NCBI GenBank assembly: GCA_965235115.1
Contig: OZ249441.1
Location: forward strand, 25,296,001-25,360,000
Reading direction: 5' to 3'
Origin: Laetmonice hystrix
Lineage: Eukaryota
Length of the DNA stretch: 64,000 bases
Shown here in pieces: positions 40,601 to 52,964 of the stretch (positions are counted from its first letter, which is position 1; the number at the start of each line of letters is the position of its first letter). Made by a program: the position numbers and the translations under genes. The notes beneath the pieces were generated by a model. It was not told the DNA's origin and did not search any database. It saw nothing but the letters and a program-made list of their open reading frames with translations.

Positions 40601-42867
40601 CTTTTACAATGTAAGAGAACTTCAACCTTTTCCCGTGGTGATTATGTAGGTAAAAAGAAGCTGAATTCTTTTCCCGGAAGATTACAGGCAGAAATATTTT
40701 GTTTAAAAAAAGAGTGCCATGACCTTTTGACGATTATATTGTAAAATTTTGACTCGTTGGGAAGTATAACCGTAGACATGCTTGATAGTCGAATCACATC
40801 TAATTAAGTATAATCATAATCAAAATATAATGCCCCCACAGACAAATGTTTCCACGTTGAAACCGTGACATGCAAGCAATATATCAACGCCTTCATGATA
40901 GGATTTTCACAGTTGTACCACCTGGTCAGGTCGGTTGGTCCTACCTCTCACAGTAATGATTATGATTGAATGATGGGGTGGCACTGATTCCGCTGCCCCT
41001 GGCAACCAGTGTCACAGACCTCCAACCAATCAGCATGCGACCGTTATGCCATCTCTTATCTCACAACCTGTACCTCCAACCTTTGTCGGGATGGTTAATT
41101 TGTAGGATATATCTCCTACCATAACGGTCGGCCAGAGTCTCACGTGTAAAGTCTGACAGCAGAGGAACACAAGGTGGACAATAGACTTGCGCCAATTGGC
41201 CAAGTTTCTGAGCTAATTACAGACACCATATGTCCCACGTTAGAGAGACAGGGTGGCCTGTACAGTTAGGGCATGGAAATAATATACCCCTCCATGGAAT
41301 GGATTCACTACGGTGACAGTTTGAACAATGAACCCCCTTGGAAATAAACATGCGATGTGATTTTGTAATATTGTGTAATTATTCACAGATTACATATTGT
41401 CATGAAAAATCATGGCATAAGTGTTTTTTCCGCAGTTATTATTTGTGATGTCATGTCATTTCAGGGATAAGGTATGTTGTGTGCATGATAGAGATTTTAA
41501 ATTTTTAATCTGTAAGGAGGGAAGGGCTGTGTTTAGGTGTCAGAGTTTTATCCTGAAGGGAACGCACCTTTATCCTACCCCGAATCTTCTGGGTAAATAG
41601 GAATCGTGACAATAACCTCAAAGGCATTATCACTGATGTGAGATGTTGATGTACTAAAAACCCCTTTTGGGAGGTTAACCGGACAGCCAATATTTGTAGT
41701 GATATAGTGATATAGGACAACACGTCATGAAGTCGATACTATCCGAGTGGCAGTGCCATACCTGGTTCTCAGACAGGAGTATCAGCAACTCTTATCCTGG
41801 CTGATACGTCCTGTTGTTTGTCACTCAGGGTCTTGCCGTCCCTCAAGATTTATAGCCAAGATCAGAGCTCCAGTCCACAGTCCGCCATAAATCTAGGAAG
41901 CCAGCTGGTATTTTCAGAATTGATTGCGTCTGCGTCGACGATAGTTTTATAATTGTAGCTACAGCTGTGGGCCCTGGAATCTGCAAGATCTAACTTGAGA
42001 TCGCGACCATCTGTTGTCTTATACGTTTGGCACTGAGGAGACACACATATCAAGTGGCGTTTTTCACACTGGATTGAGAAATCAAGGTGATGTTAGCAGT
42101 TTCCAGACTTGAATGGAGGAGAGGGCAGTTTATCATATACATGTATCATATACATTCTCACACTCGAGTCCTTTCGGCAATCTTCGGGTCGTTCGGGGAA
42201 AGCACTCACAGATTACATATCATTCACGGCCCAAATAGGAACATGCCCACCACCTCACTCGTTAGATTACTACACCAGTGACATAAAGTAGGCCTAGGCC
42301 TATCGAGGAGGGGCGTAAAGCAGTGATATTTCTGTATTTTAAAGGTAATCGAGTTTTGTCCCCATCTCCTACGAATCCGCGTATTTCAAGCTTACCTGAT
42401 CTTGAATCTATTCCACTGGACTGATAAAACATTCTGTCGTATCCATAACATTGTTGTGCTAGGTCTCTTGTTGATTATAAGCCATAATGAGGCGATACAT
42501 CCCATATTTCTCATCTCAGTGGACTGAGAGCCGAGAACGACCGCCATGACCGCGTTAGCATTGTTAGGGCGGTCGTTACTAAGCAACGGGATTGGGCGCA
42601 TGCGTTGCCTCGCACTGCTCCGCCCGCCCTCCCCCCATAATCCAAATAAGGGCATGATTTGATTCGCGTGCTCTCGTCTCTAGCCAAATAGGTAAACGCT
42701 TAATTAATTAATTACAAATATTGTCGATATATGGACGCGCCATGGTACCAGACTGCTAGAAACCCCTTAAAATAATTGTTTTTACTCAAGTTTTGTTGAA
42801 TTGACTGCGTTTATTTCAATTCTCGGACAGATTTCCTTTAACTTGCGCTGGGTGTTTGTCTTTGCTG

Positions 42868-42900
42868 GACACCAGCCTAACCACCGGTTAGGCTGGTGTC
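42868..42900. repeat. Isolated perfect hairpin (15-bp stem, 3-nt loop)
   Basis: GACACCAGCCTAACC-ACC-GGTTAGGCTGGTGTC. Confidence 0.9.
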
Positions 42901-42952
42901 ATGGGGAAATCCGCCATATAGCTTCTCAAAAGAAATAGGCCTAGTTTGGCAA

Positions 42953-43151
42953 GGTCTAGGTCCGTTAGTCCGACAGCCCAATAGTCCGACAGCCTAAACC
43001 TAACATTAACTCTAACCCATAGGGTGTCGGACCAATGGGCTGTCGGACCAATGGGCAAATATAACTAACCCTAAAGCTAACCTTAACTCTAACCCATTGT
43101 GTGTCGGACCAATGGGCTGTCGGACCAATGGGCTGTCGGACCAATCACACC
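42953..43151. mobile_element. Mutator/foldback-type mini-element with 9-bp TSD, modular 15-bp subterminal repeats and telomere-like internal tracts
   Basis: GTTTGGCAA flanks both ends (42944-42952, 43152-43160), and the termini are GGT...ACC. Two direct copies of TAGTCCGACAGCCCA face five inverted copies (GTCGGACCAATGGGCT). Two CTAACC-rich blocks form a 78-bp internal duplication. Confidence 0.8.
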
Positions 43152-44191
43152 GTTTGGCAAGCGGTGTCCTCGTTACCCAGGGTCCCGTGCAGGATCTGTG
43201 AGCGATCATTTCAGCAAATGGGCGCGATCGTGAGCGGGATATCATATGTACACCGAGTACAGCCAATTTCAAAATTTCAAAACAACTTTCCGGGTAGAAT
43301 ATTTATTTATTTTAAACTGAGAAGGTCAGAATTGCCTGTACAAGCAGAGTTCTCTTCATATGGTATGGGTTACATGTGTCTAGATGATATTGCTGAACAG
43401 TGAGTAATTAGCTGTCAATATTAACCGGACATATTTTAAGGAATTTCTTAACTATAATTTGTATTCCTTATTTAACTATGACTGGCGGTCAGTAGATGGA
43501 TCCTGACCGTGATTACATATTGTTGTGGTGGATGTGACATAAGAAGATGACTTCGTGTTGGACCATGCGTCCTGTGGTGCCATGCTGTGTGGACGGGTGC
43601 CATGTAGAAGCCGACGTTGAATGGTCACACCCCCTTGACCAAGCCTCCGGTCCCCGCCCGTCGGCCTGCTCCCCCGGGGCTGGTGGCCGCCGGGTTGGCG
43701 GTGATGACGGACGCTCTGTACAGTCCCTCCTGTACGGATCATCGGCGCTGCACGCATGCTCGCTAACTGACCCACGTCATCCCACAGCTCCTGCCCAGCC
43801 GGGCTCGCAGCCTGCCAACCATTCATAACTGGGTTAATAATTAAAAAGAAGAACATAAACACAACATCGGAACTAGCCACATTATGGAGCCGACCTTTTC
43901 TGTAGTTTTTACTGGCCTATATGATAAAACTTTGACATATACTAGGCTGGCCAGCCGGCTCGACATGTCCTAATCTATTGAGAGAGGGAGGAACTCCGTC
44001 AGTTAACATGGTTGCGGTCAGCAAATGTCCCGTGATGCTTGTGATCAATCCTGTCATGTCCACAAATGTGACATTCTGCACGAAACAAAAAGGATGTTTG
44101 TGTACTTGATATATACTGGCTTGACCACTGTCACGGCCTTATCAAACATGAATGATGATGCGTCTGGCTCCGAAATGCCAGTCAGGTAGGA

Positions 44192-44427
44192 TCAGACAGT
44201 GAAGTACGTCACATCCTCTACACCCGATTTGCTGATTCTAGGAATTATGCCCACATAAAAGGTCATATCAGCGAACTCGGAACCGTCGCTCTTTTTCCGT
44301 GTATGGACGATGGAGTCATCTGTAGTTGACAGTCTTAGGGAGACCAACATTTTTCTTGCCAACTCTGGTCTGATTCTGTCAATGTAAAACATACCAGGCA
44401 TGGTATGCCAGGCATCTGCACATGGAT
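44192..44427 (-). CDS. Possible terminal coding exon, unknown product
   Basis: There is a good 3' splice site (TCTTCCTTGCTGACATACAG, with branch-like CTGAC) at 44428. Only one of the three frames stays open, for 77 codons (PCADAWHTMPGMFYIDRIRPELARKMLVSLRLSTTDDSIVHTRKKSDGSEFADMTFYVGIIPR...). No confident family. Confidence 0.22.
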
Positions 44428-45403
44428 CTGTATGTCAGCAAGGAAGACCAGTCAGATAAATAGATAATCTTAGTAATTATTCATTTGATCTGGCTTTTTA
44501 AAATTCAGGAATCTTTGATTTATACATATTTCACATCATGCATACTAGACCACCGGAAGCTTCAAGCTTATGTTCGTGTCAGTCAATATTTCAATTATGC
44601 GATTGAAAGAATTATAGCAGACAGATTACACATTCATTTAATCACGGTTTTACATTTACTATAGGCCTAGTCAATGATTCTACTTGGTTTCTTTATATGA
44701 TAGAATTACAGTCCTATGCAAAGTTATACCTTAAAGGGGCCCAGTCAATTAAAAGCCACACAATCGACCCCTCTCATATTAAAAAACCTGGATTTACCTG
44801 CAATCTCGTAATAAATTAGAAGCAAAACAACTGCGCGGTGGTTTGTAAACTCCATAGACCGTGCTTAGGCGACTGAACTTGTAATTTTCTTAAATTTGTT
44901 GCCATTATTTGACCGCCATATTTAAATATCATGTTGCTAAATATGAAAGGTACGTTTCATATTTGGGGAGAATTGCCGAAGTTCCTTTAAGACAGATTTC
45001 AGAGGGGTTGGGATATCACAGAAATGCAGTTCAAACGGATATCATAATTCAGCAAATAATCTTTTACAAATCTTTTCAACGTCCCAATGCTACATTCTAT
45101 TTCAAAAACGTATTTGCAACTATTAGCTATTGTCGGTCCTTGTATTATTACGCTATTCTCTTACTCACTTACTTTTATATTTGTGTATAAAGTATAAATC
45201 ACTCGGTCTAGAATTTCTTATCGCTAATTCATTGTTTAATTTAAAATTCGAAGTACATGATTCCGGGAGAAGTTCATTTTTAACTTTAAAAACATAAGTA
45301 TACTGTATACATATAACCGTTTAACGGCAGTATGTTTAACCGCTGAAATAGTGGTAGTGTATGACCGACCTTTCCACCTTTTGTAAGAATGATACTCCTT
45401 TCA

Positions 45404-46060
45404 GTCCCCAACCCGAAGGGGACGTACGGACGTACTTATGTACATATGTCCGTAAACAGTGATTTCTCGGACGTGTATTAGTCAATTTCTTTCAAACGTT
45501 ACACAATGATCAGGAACCATCGGAGAGGATGCACGTCACACAAATTTTTTATATCATTCAAAATGGACTCTCAACGGCAATCTTGAATGTAAACACATTT
45601 TGAGCAATGCGGAGGAGGCATAATGATGGCCAGTATGCATTGCAATTGTACTATTAATTCAGATCCCAAATGGCGACATATTTGTTTTTTGACCCCCAGA
45701 CCACAATGACACGGGCTCATTTTGAAAAGATAAGGCCACAGTTACTATTATTGACAGATAGGAAGTCATATATGAAGTCTGATTTGACGGCATTTTACAT
45801 GACCTTATAAAGGTCAAACAAGGGCATACATGTTTTCAATGGTTCATATTATGTGAGATTAGCACATAGTTACGAGTGAACATGGAAAGGAAGTCACATA
45901 GGAAGTTTCATTTGACACTATTTTCCTTTACATCAAGTGAAGGTCAAAGGTCATTCAAGGTCGCACATTTATTCAATGGCTTGTATCTCCAAAACAGTTG
46001 AAGATAATACCATAGACATTATTGAAGAGGGATAGAATATCATAATGAGATCCAATCCAA
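45404..46060 (+). mobile_element. Helentron-associated/DINE-1(HINE)-like interspersed repeat, copy A
   Basis: It has a terminal hairpin GTCCCC-AACCCGAA-GGGGAC (45404-45423), then a (GGAC/GTAC) microrepeat, then ~120-145-bp internal monomers with GATAGGAAGTCATAT, AGGTCAAAGGTCA and GTATCTCCAAAAC motifs. These motifs recur at 49.4-49.9 kb and, inverted, at 55.8-56.7 kb. The family name is inferred from this architecture. Confidence 0.7.
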
Positions 46061-48610
46061 ATGCTTCGTAACGTCTCGTAAACGTACTTGCTACTGACCG
46101 CACCCCAGTTGTATACTTTTCCTGTGGTAATATTGGTATTTAGCTTTGTGTAGCGGTAACATTTCATGATGCATGGACATTTAAAAGCGGACAGTCAGGT
46201 CAGATGAGTTGCATGACAAGAGGTGAGCAGGTCACGTGACTCAGGGTAATGTCTGAACCACTGCCCTCCTGCCCCCTTCTGCAGTCATTGCCTGTAGGTT
46301 TTATGATCACAGACTGTAATAATAATCTTCGTTATCACAAAATCGGTAAATATAAAGCGGCTGCCTTTGTCATGAGGATTTCCCAGGTTTAAATAATCCA
46401 CAATTTGGTCATTTTGTATTATCTAGACGGGCCCTCCAGTTTGATCATAGAGTAAGAATTCGTTTACATACCATTCGAGTGCACAGCTTGATACCCCCCC
46501 CCCCCCCCCCCACTCGTTTGCCTAAATGGATGCCTGCTTTATTCCTGTGGTAGATACTTGTTCATATGACAAAGGTCTCCCTGTACATATTTGAGACGTT
46601 TAGTTACATCAAGCCCGATAAGACAGCTTAAGATGATGTGCTACACATCATAATCCCTTACGTCAGATTTGGTTTTCCAAACCAGCAGTTATCGTACATA
46701 TACAAGTGCCTTCCGTGTGCATGTATAAAGCAGCACACGTACACAAGTCTGCGCATTGAGATCAGCCAGCAAGTGTACACAGTCGACCCGGCCACAAAGA
46801 CGGACGGTAAAGAAACCTTGCTCTGCCAGAGCAGCAAATCTCTCTGGTGGTACTTTACTGAAGAGACAGCAAAAAGCCTGACAGAGGGAGGCTTCATTCA
46901 CTTCTTGCCCTCCCCACGTCCTTTGGTGCTCCTCCTTTGATGAGTTTCTGGCGGGGATCAGTTTGCAAGTCGGCTCCTTTCTGGCAGCGTCAGCCACATG
47001 GGGGCCATGGGGAAGCTCCTCTATACTTCCTTTATATCTTATGATGTACTTTTTCTCATTTCATATCAGACATACCTCTACTTCCATATGGGAACAGTTG
47101 GACAGAGATTGTTAGGATTCGTCATAAAGTCTTTTGTTCTAAGGTTTTTTTCTCTTTAAAAACACAGAAATAGAATAATATAGGAATTCCTAAAATGTGA
47201 TTCCGTTTTTCATGATATTTCATCGATATTAAGTTGCCCAGTTGGAGGGAGAACAAAAGCCCGGCGACCAAAAAGAGCATTTGCTTTTGGCTCATACCTG
47301 TTTTGTTAACGTTATTCCAGTACTTCAAAGTCCAGATAGTGCATGACTGAGAGTAGTCGTATTAAGAGATTGTCATAAAAAGTAATGTTTGTGAATAACC
47401 AACTGTTTGTGTCCCAAACTTTGAAGTCCATGCCCTATCAAGGCACAGTAGAATGTCCACGGGCAGAATCATGATCCTGGGCTGAGTATAGATTACCCCG
47501 TTTTTTGGCAGAAGTTCAGCCATCTTTGTTTTGAGACAAAAGCAGGTTGGTGGAGTTTGCGGGGTGATCCCGACCATTTGGATGGCGTGCTTTGCTGTGG
47601 TTTGGTGCCCTGATGTGGTATGGACAGCAGCCATTCCATGGACGGGCATCGTTTATCCCGGTGGATTTATTATAATGGTTTCACAGGTAACCTTGGGGTT
47701 GGCCCGATCATCCCTCCAGCACCATTGCCTCTCATACTAAGTATTTACTGATTGTGGCTGAGGTATCCTGCCGTGTTTTATTTAGCTTCACCTGTTTATT
47801 GACAGCTGTTCCCGAGGAAATTAAACAATAAATTTGTAATGAAATTCAGTGTGAATGTTGCCAAAAAGGTAGGGATGATAGAACACTTCGACATTGCATT
47901 TAGTTTCATCAAACAAGTATGGGTGTGACCCTATCAATAAATCATGTGCTCCCGGCTTGTTCTAAGACAGATTTTACAGGGATTGTCAGTCAATATTTCA
48001 TTGTACCGGTACTTACTTTTAAAATGATAGTTCCAAATGTATTAGCTCACGAGTTTCACTGTCTGTCCGGTAAATGCCAACACTGAGATTCTGTTAACCC
48101 ACTATTATATGTACAGCTGTGAAAATCGGACATCATAAAGCATGCTTCATTTTGTTCATGCGGCGGAATTCTCCCGAAGAATGATGGAAAAGATGGACAG
48201 ATGGAAAACATTGTGTTAATGATACAATAACAGAAACTCACTGCGGTGCTGCAGTGACTGCACCCAGAGTCGTGGAGTTGTCAAATAGTTGCCATTGTTA
48301 CATCACTTTGATCCAAGTTGTTTTTACCAAGTTTCCAACTTTGAAGTCCGCTAAAGGTGATCTCCGAGGACCTTAGACGGGGTGGGGTGGAGGATAGCAC
48401 AGACTTGTGTTACCTGGTGGTGGTGTACCTTACTTACATGATACGCTCAAACTCTGACTGTGTATACATCCCGGGAGCAAACAGCTCGCTCACGTTCCTC
48501 CGGGCCAGATCGTGTTGAGCCCTGCTCACCACCGTGGAGCAATTGGACCGTGGTGGAGGCTGGCATCTTGTAGTCAGGGAGACGGAGTAGGCGTAATGGG
48601 AACCCGGGCC

Positions 48611-48660
48611 GTCTCCCAGGGCAACGAAACACATGGAAAGTAACTTGTCTCCATGGAAAC
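48611..48660. promoter_or_regulatory. Tandem RFX X-box-like motifs
   Basis: GTCTCCCAGGGCAAC (48611-48625) and GTCTCCATGGAAAC (48647-48660). The latter fits the GTNNCC-AT-GGNAAC consensus. Motif match only. Confidence 0.35.
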
Positions 48661-49379
48661 TTGATAAAACTCCTTGTGGTGCAACTGTATCCTGCGGAGT
48701 TTGGATGGAGCTGAAGGATGTCGAAACAATAATGGCGATATTAAGATCTGGCCGCGAGTGTGTTGATGGCATCATGATACCGTGTCACGGATGCCAATAC
48801 CGGCCCCCATCGTCATGGAGAAGGATTTGCCTTTCGGTCATGGTTTCTCATCTCAGCATGAACAGACTTAAAGTGCTACAGACATCACATAGGCACCTTT
48901 ACTGATCTATAGCTAGATCACTAGTTGTAGACGTGTCCGGGATAGGTTTTTCTGATAAATTCTCTCAGAAAGTAACATTTGTAAAAATATTGACAATTTG
49001 AATCACGCGCTGCCTGTGATGACGTCAGCACGGGCGGGCGGGTGGGCGCTGGAGGATAGGCGACTGGCAGACAGATGGCTGAGAGAATTGGTCATTTCGA
49101 TCACGAATTACAGACAGTTCACGTTGTTGTACAACAACCGTTCCTTTACAGAACAACAACAAATTACAAGTATTATCGGGATGTGATACACAATTTCATG
49201 TTAATTGTGATGTCTGTACCACTTTAAAGCTCGCGCAAAGAAATGCCGTACATAGCTCATACCTTGGCATCAATCGTTATTATGAACTGTCATTAAAAGA
49301 AGCTGTATTTTGAATTATCCTCAGTATACGCAGTTTCTCGACTTTACGCAGAATACTTTTTTCAACCCAGTACGCATGT

Positions 49380-49920
49380 CCGCACGGTCGTATGCCCATT
49401 TTTCATGACCTTGGGTGATCTATAAAGGTCAAACAATGTCATGCATATTCTTAATGGTTCATATCTCCAAAATTATGTAAAATATGCACATAATTACTAT
49501 TGAACATGGATAGGAAGTCATATATGAAGTTTCCTTTGGCACCATTTTCTTTGACCTCATGTGAAGGTCAAAGGTAATTCAAGGTCGCACATTCTTTCAA
49601 TTGTTTGTATCTCCAAAACGCTTGAGGATAACACCATAGACATTACTGAAGATGGATAAGAAAGCGTATTTGCAATGTCCCGTACCTCCAAAACAGTTGA
49701 AGATAACGTATGCATGCCGGTAGATTTTCAAATTAGATACAATATAGTGACATGGCGACTATATGATATGTTTTTACCCCCTCCCCTTAATAACACTTAT
49801 GCTACACATCTTGAAAATTGACAGTTTGGAAGTCATAAGAACTCTTGTTTGATTCATTTCACATCACTATTTTCTTTGACCTTTCTTGACCTTGAAAGAT
49901 CAATTGAAGTCGTGCATCGT
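49380..49920 (+). mobile_element. HINE-like repeat, copy B (internal monomers only)
   Basis: ATAAAGGTCAAACAA...AATGGTTCATAT...GGATAGGAAGTCATATATGAAGTTT...GTGAAGGTCAAAGGT(A/C)ATTCAAGGTCGCACATT...GTATCTCCAAAAC...ACCATAGACATT is colinear with 45810-46030. Confidence 0.75.
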
Positions 49921-50547
49921 TTCTTTAAGAGCTCCTGTTGGAGGTTATAAGCTTGTCTAAACTACACTGACAAATCCGTGCATGTAACAGAAGCAATTTC
50001 CAGATTTAGAAGTTTCTAGGGGTGGCTCCTTTTGCTCTGTTATGTATGTTCGTGAACGTCGCCAAAGCAGTGATACCAAATTTGTCCGTTAAAATGTTGC
50101 TGAGTTGCCAGCCGTAGAGATTTAGGTACAAAAGGCGTTAGTGTTTGAGAGCTTTGATCTGCGCAGCATCACACCCCAAACAAGAAGGATTTCATTGGTG
50201 TCATTAGGGCTATGATTTATTACGAAGTGAAAGTGCAGTCAAGGCAGTGTAAATAGCAGGCTGGACATGCTTAGCCCTGTGATCACACCGACGGCGATGG
50301 ATCGCTGTCATCATCTCAACAATTGGCCAACAAATTTTCCCACCTGAAGTAAGGTTGAGCTTTCGTAGCGAGCGCGCCGACTGGCAGGCCCTCTGTCATC
50401 ATCGCCAACTGGCGGCCGCTATAACACCGCCATTATACCAACTTCGACATTTATTCAACTCTACTTAGACTTCACCAGTGAAAAAATCTTGGCTCCAAAA
50501 AGGTTATCATTGATATTGCAGGGGACTAACATCCAAGCATCCAGACA

Positions 50548-51437
50548 TACGAAAGCCCGGAAGGGTCATTCGAGATTCAAGATTCGAAATTCGAAATTCA
50601 ATATCTGAATTTCGAGATTCGAGATTCAATATCTGAATTTCGAGATTCGAGATTCAATATCCAAAGTAACCAGTCAGAGGAAAGCTCTCAAAATCAGGTG
50701 CCTCGTGACCAATGAAAGGCTGCGTCTATACGCACAAGATCATGGACATATCGGCTCATGTCGGGGAATGGCAGTGACGTCACGGGTAAGAACAATTATC
50801 ACTCGGGCGTGATCAGGTCCAGTCCATAGCGTTATGGAAGGGAAGTACCTACGCCCGGACTATTTGGCCACAGGCTGACTTGTGCCGACATATCAGTCAA
50901 TATACACAAGGTCGTGCTCATTGTTTCGTATACCCGTCGTGGATTCACAGGTATATAAACTTATATCCACAATGATTTGTGTATATTACAGGCAATATCT
51001 AACCCTGAATCCCACAAACAGTTTTTAAAAATTTTGTAATATTCCCTGTTAACGTAACCCTTTCTGAAAAATGAGGGGAGAAAAGTTATAGTGGGGCTCA
51101 AACCCACGAGGCACGACCTTCGGATGATTATCCGGACACGCTACCCAATACGCTACGCAGGAATACGGATAAAGCTGACACCAAATATAACTAACCCAAA
51201 ACCTAACCTTAACTCTAACCCATAAGGGATTGTCCCCTCCCCGTCACCCTTTCCGTTTGCCATTTGCCAGAGTGATTAATATGTCACACGACATTTCATT
51301 GGCCGTGTTATAATATAGAAGCGTACTCCCGATTGGTTACTTTGGATATTGAATCTCGAATTTCAAATCTCGAAATTCGGATATTGAATCTCGAATTTCG
51401 AATCTCGAATCTCGAATGATCCTTCTGGGCTTTCGTA
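50548..51437. mobile_element. MITE with long (~120-170 bp) imperfect TIRs built of TTCGAGA/TTCGAAA 7-mer repeats, bounded by TA
   Basis: The left end TACGAAAGCCCGGAAGGGTCATTCGAGATTC... and the right end ...GAATCTCGAATGATCCTTCTGGGCTTTCGTA are inverse complements. The homology continues through CAATATCCAAAGTAACC and CCAATGAAA. TA at both ends may be the TSD. Confidence 0.85.
51085..51162 (-). pseudogene. tRNA-derived sequence (tRNA pseudogene or SINE head; closest by eye to eukaryotic tRNA-Asn) inside the MITE
   Basis: The minus strand reads TCCTGCG-TA-GCGT ATTGGGTA GCGT-G-TCCGG ATAATCA TCCGA-AGGTCGTGCCTC-GTGGG TTTGAGC CCCAC-TATAACTTTT. The D-arm, an anticodon arm with one mismatch and a perfect T-arm are present, with A-box-like and B-box-like motifs. 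The acceptor stem cannot pair and the variable region has ~7 extra nt, so it is not a functional tRNA. Confidence 0.62.
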
Positions 51438-52964
51438 CTGACATAACTAATTTCTGTTGTATTCATTATTCTCTGAAGGCTCTTGCTGGGTATTCTGCTT
51501 CGTAATCCCCCTATGTAACATATATGTGGATTGTATGGAAGAACAAAGATTCTACCTTAATAGTTTGTTTGGGGCGGAGAACCCTATCCAGATGCATGGA
51601 GATGATAAAAGTAGGCATGGAGAAATTTCATATATGCACATCACCCCCACCCACCCACCCACCCACACCTACACAAAATGTGTGGAAACCAAACCACCCC
51701 GGTGTTTTTTGTTCACCCCTTGACTTTGCCCACATCTTGAACTAAACATAAATTATTTGACCATTTGAGAGACCACCTCTGAGGATGTATGTCAGATGGA
51801 CCGTGTCGGAGTATAACGAGTGACCTCCCGATGGGGACAATGGAAGCCGTGATTATTGAGTGGACAGTGTTTGGGGACACCGTGACGTAAGCCTACTTAT
51901 CTTACCTTTAGTTATGTCATGAAGTATTTAATGAGGCACCGCCCTTTGGGCACATGACAATATACCACACGGGAGTCAGCTATTCACAGCATATGGTGCG
52001 AGCGGCCGATATTATAATAAAGCAGTTACCAAAGGCTTAAGTGGACAAATGTGATTTTGTTATTGACGTAAGAGACAGCAATTAAGAGCTGCTTGGAGCA
52101 CGCTTACGTTACTGCAGGAAACTTCAAAGTCAAAGCCTCTTCCTGAGTTGAGTCCAGGTCTCCACTCCCTCAGCGGGCAGATAGAACTGTGACGTTAGCA
52201 GTCAAAATCACAAAAGGAGCCTCAAATTTAGAACCTACAACTGTTTAGGAGTTTTTAAGAATCTTAAATTACATATGTAGTGATTTAAAATGGAAATGTT
52301 ACACGTATGATGGAGCTGTGGATATATGTCTAATGGAAATATTGCTGCTGATAGAACAAGTTACATGGCGCAGCATAACGACAATGATTTATTATAAGAA
52401 TTGTATAACTCCGGGAAGCCAAAACGCAGCCACCCGCTAGTCAGTATGAACTCTAAATCGTAAACATGATGAATGAAAAAAAGAGTTTGGAGTGTGACTT
52501 TTCGACGTTGTGTATATAAAGAGCTGTTGTTGAGCAGTGGCCATGGGAAGTGGCAGAACACCAGGGGGGTTAGGTAGGGTCAGAGTCCCACGACGGCCGT
52601 GGTGAGTTTGCATGTTACACCCGACTACTGAATGGGACACCTATCGGTGTGAGGGGATACCTCGGAATCAGGTGATGATGGGGGGATAGATACGTAAACA
52701 ACACTCCGACCCAGGTGTCAGAAGTCACGTCAATGTCACACCAACCTTGACACATAGCTGTGTTCACAGGTAAACTTGGCGTTTGTTGTCAGACGCAAAC
52801 ACAGTCCCATGTATTATATATGTATACAGTGTATATATAAGACGGTGTCCCGATGAACTGCTAACCGGACATGGGAAATCCGGGTACATCCGTCATCGTA
52901 AAATCGCCACCAAATTTAGTGTAAAATCTAGATACATGTATCACTATTCCAAACCTAATCCTAA

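Noticed and set aside
41038-41130. 11-bp inverted repeat CGACCGTTATG/CATAACGGTCG
   Set aside because: About one such pair is expected by chance in 64 kb, and there is no TSD or extended pairing.
44731-44990. Additional TTAAAGG...CCTTTAA Kolobok-type elements (also 24654-24748)
   Set aside because: Only the first 3-4 bases inside TTAA match. They may be old remnants but cannot be supported.
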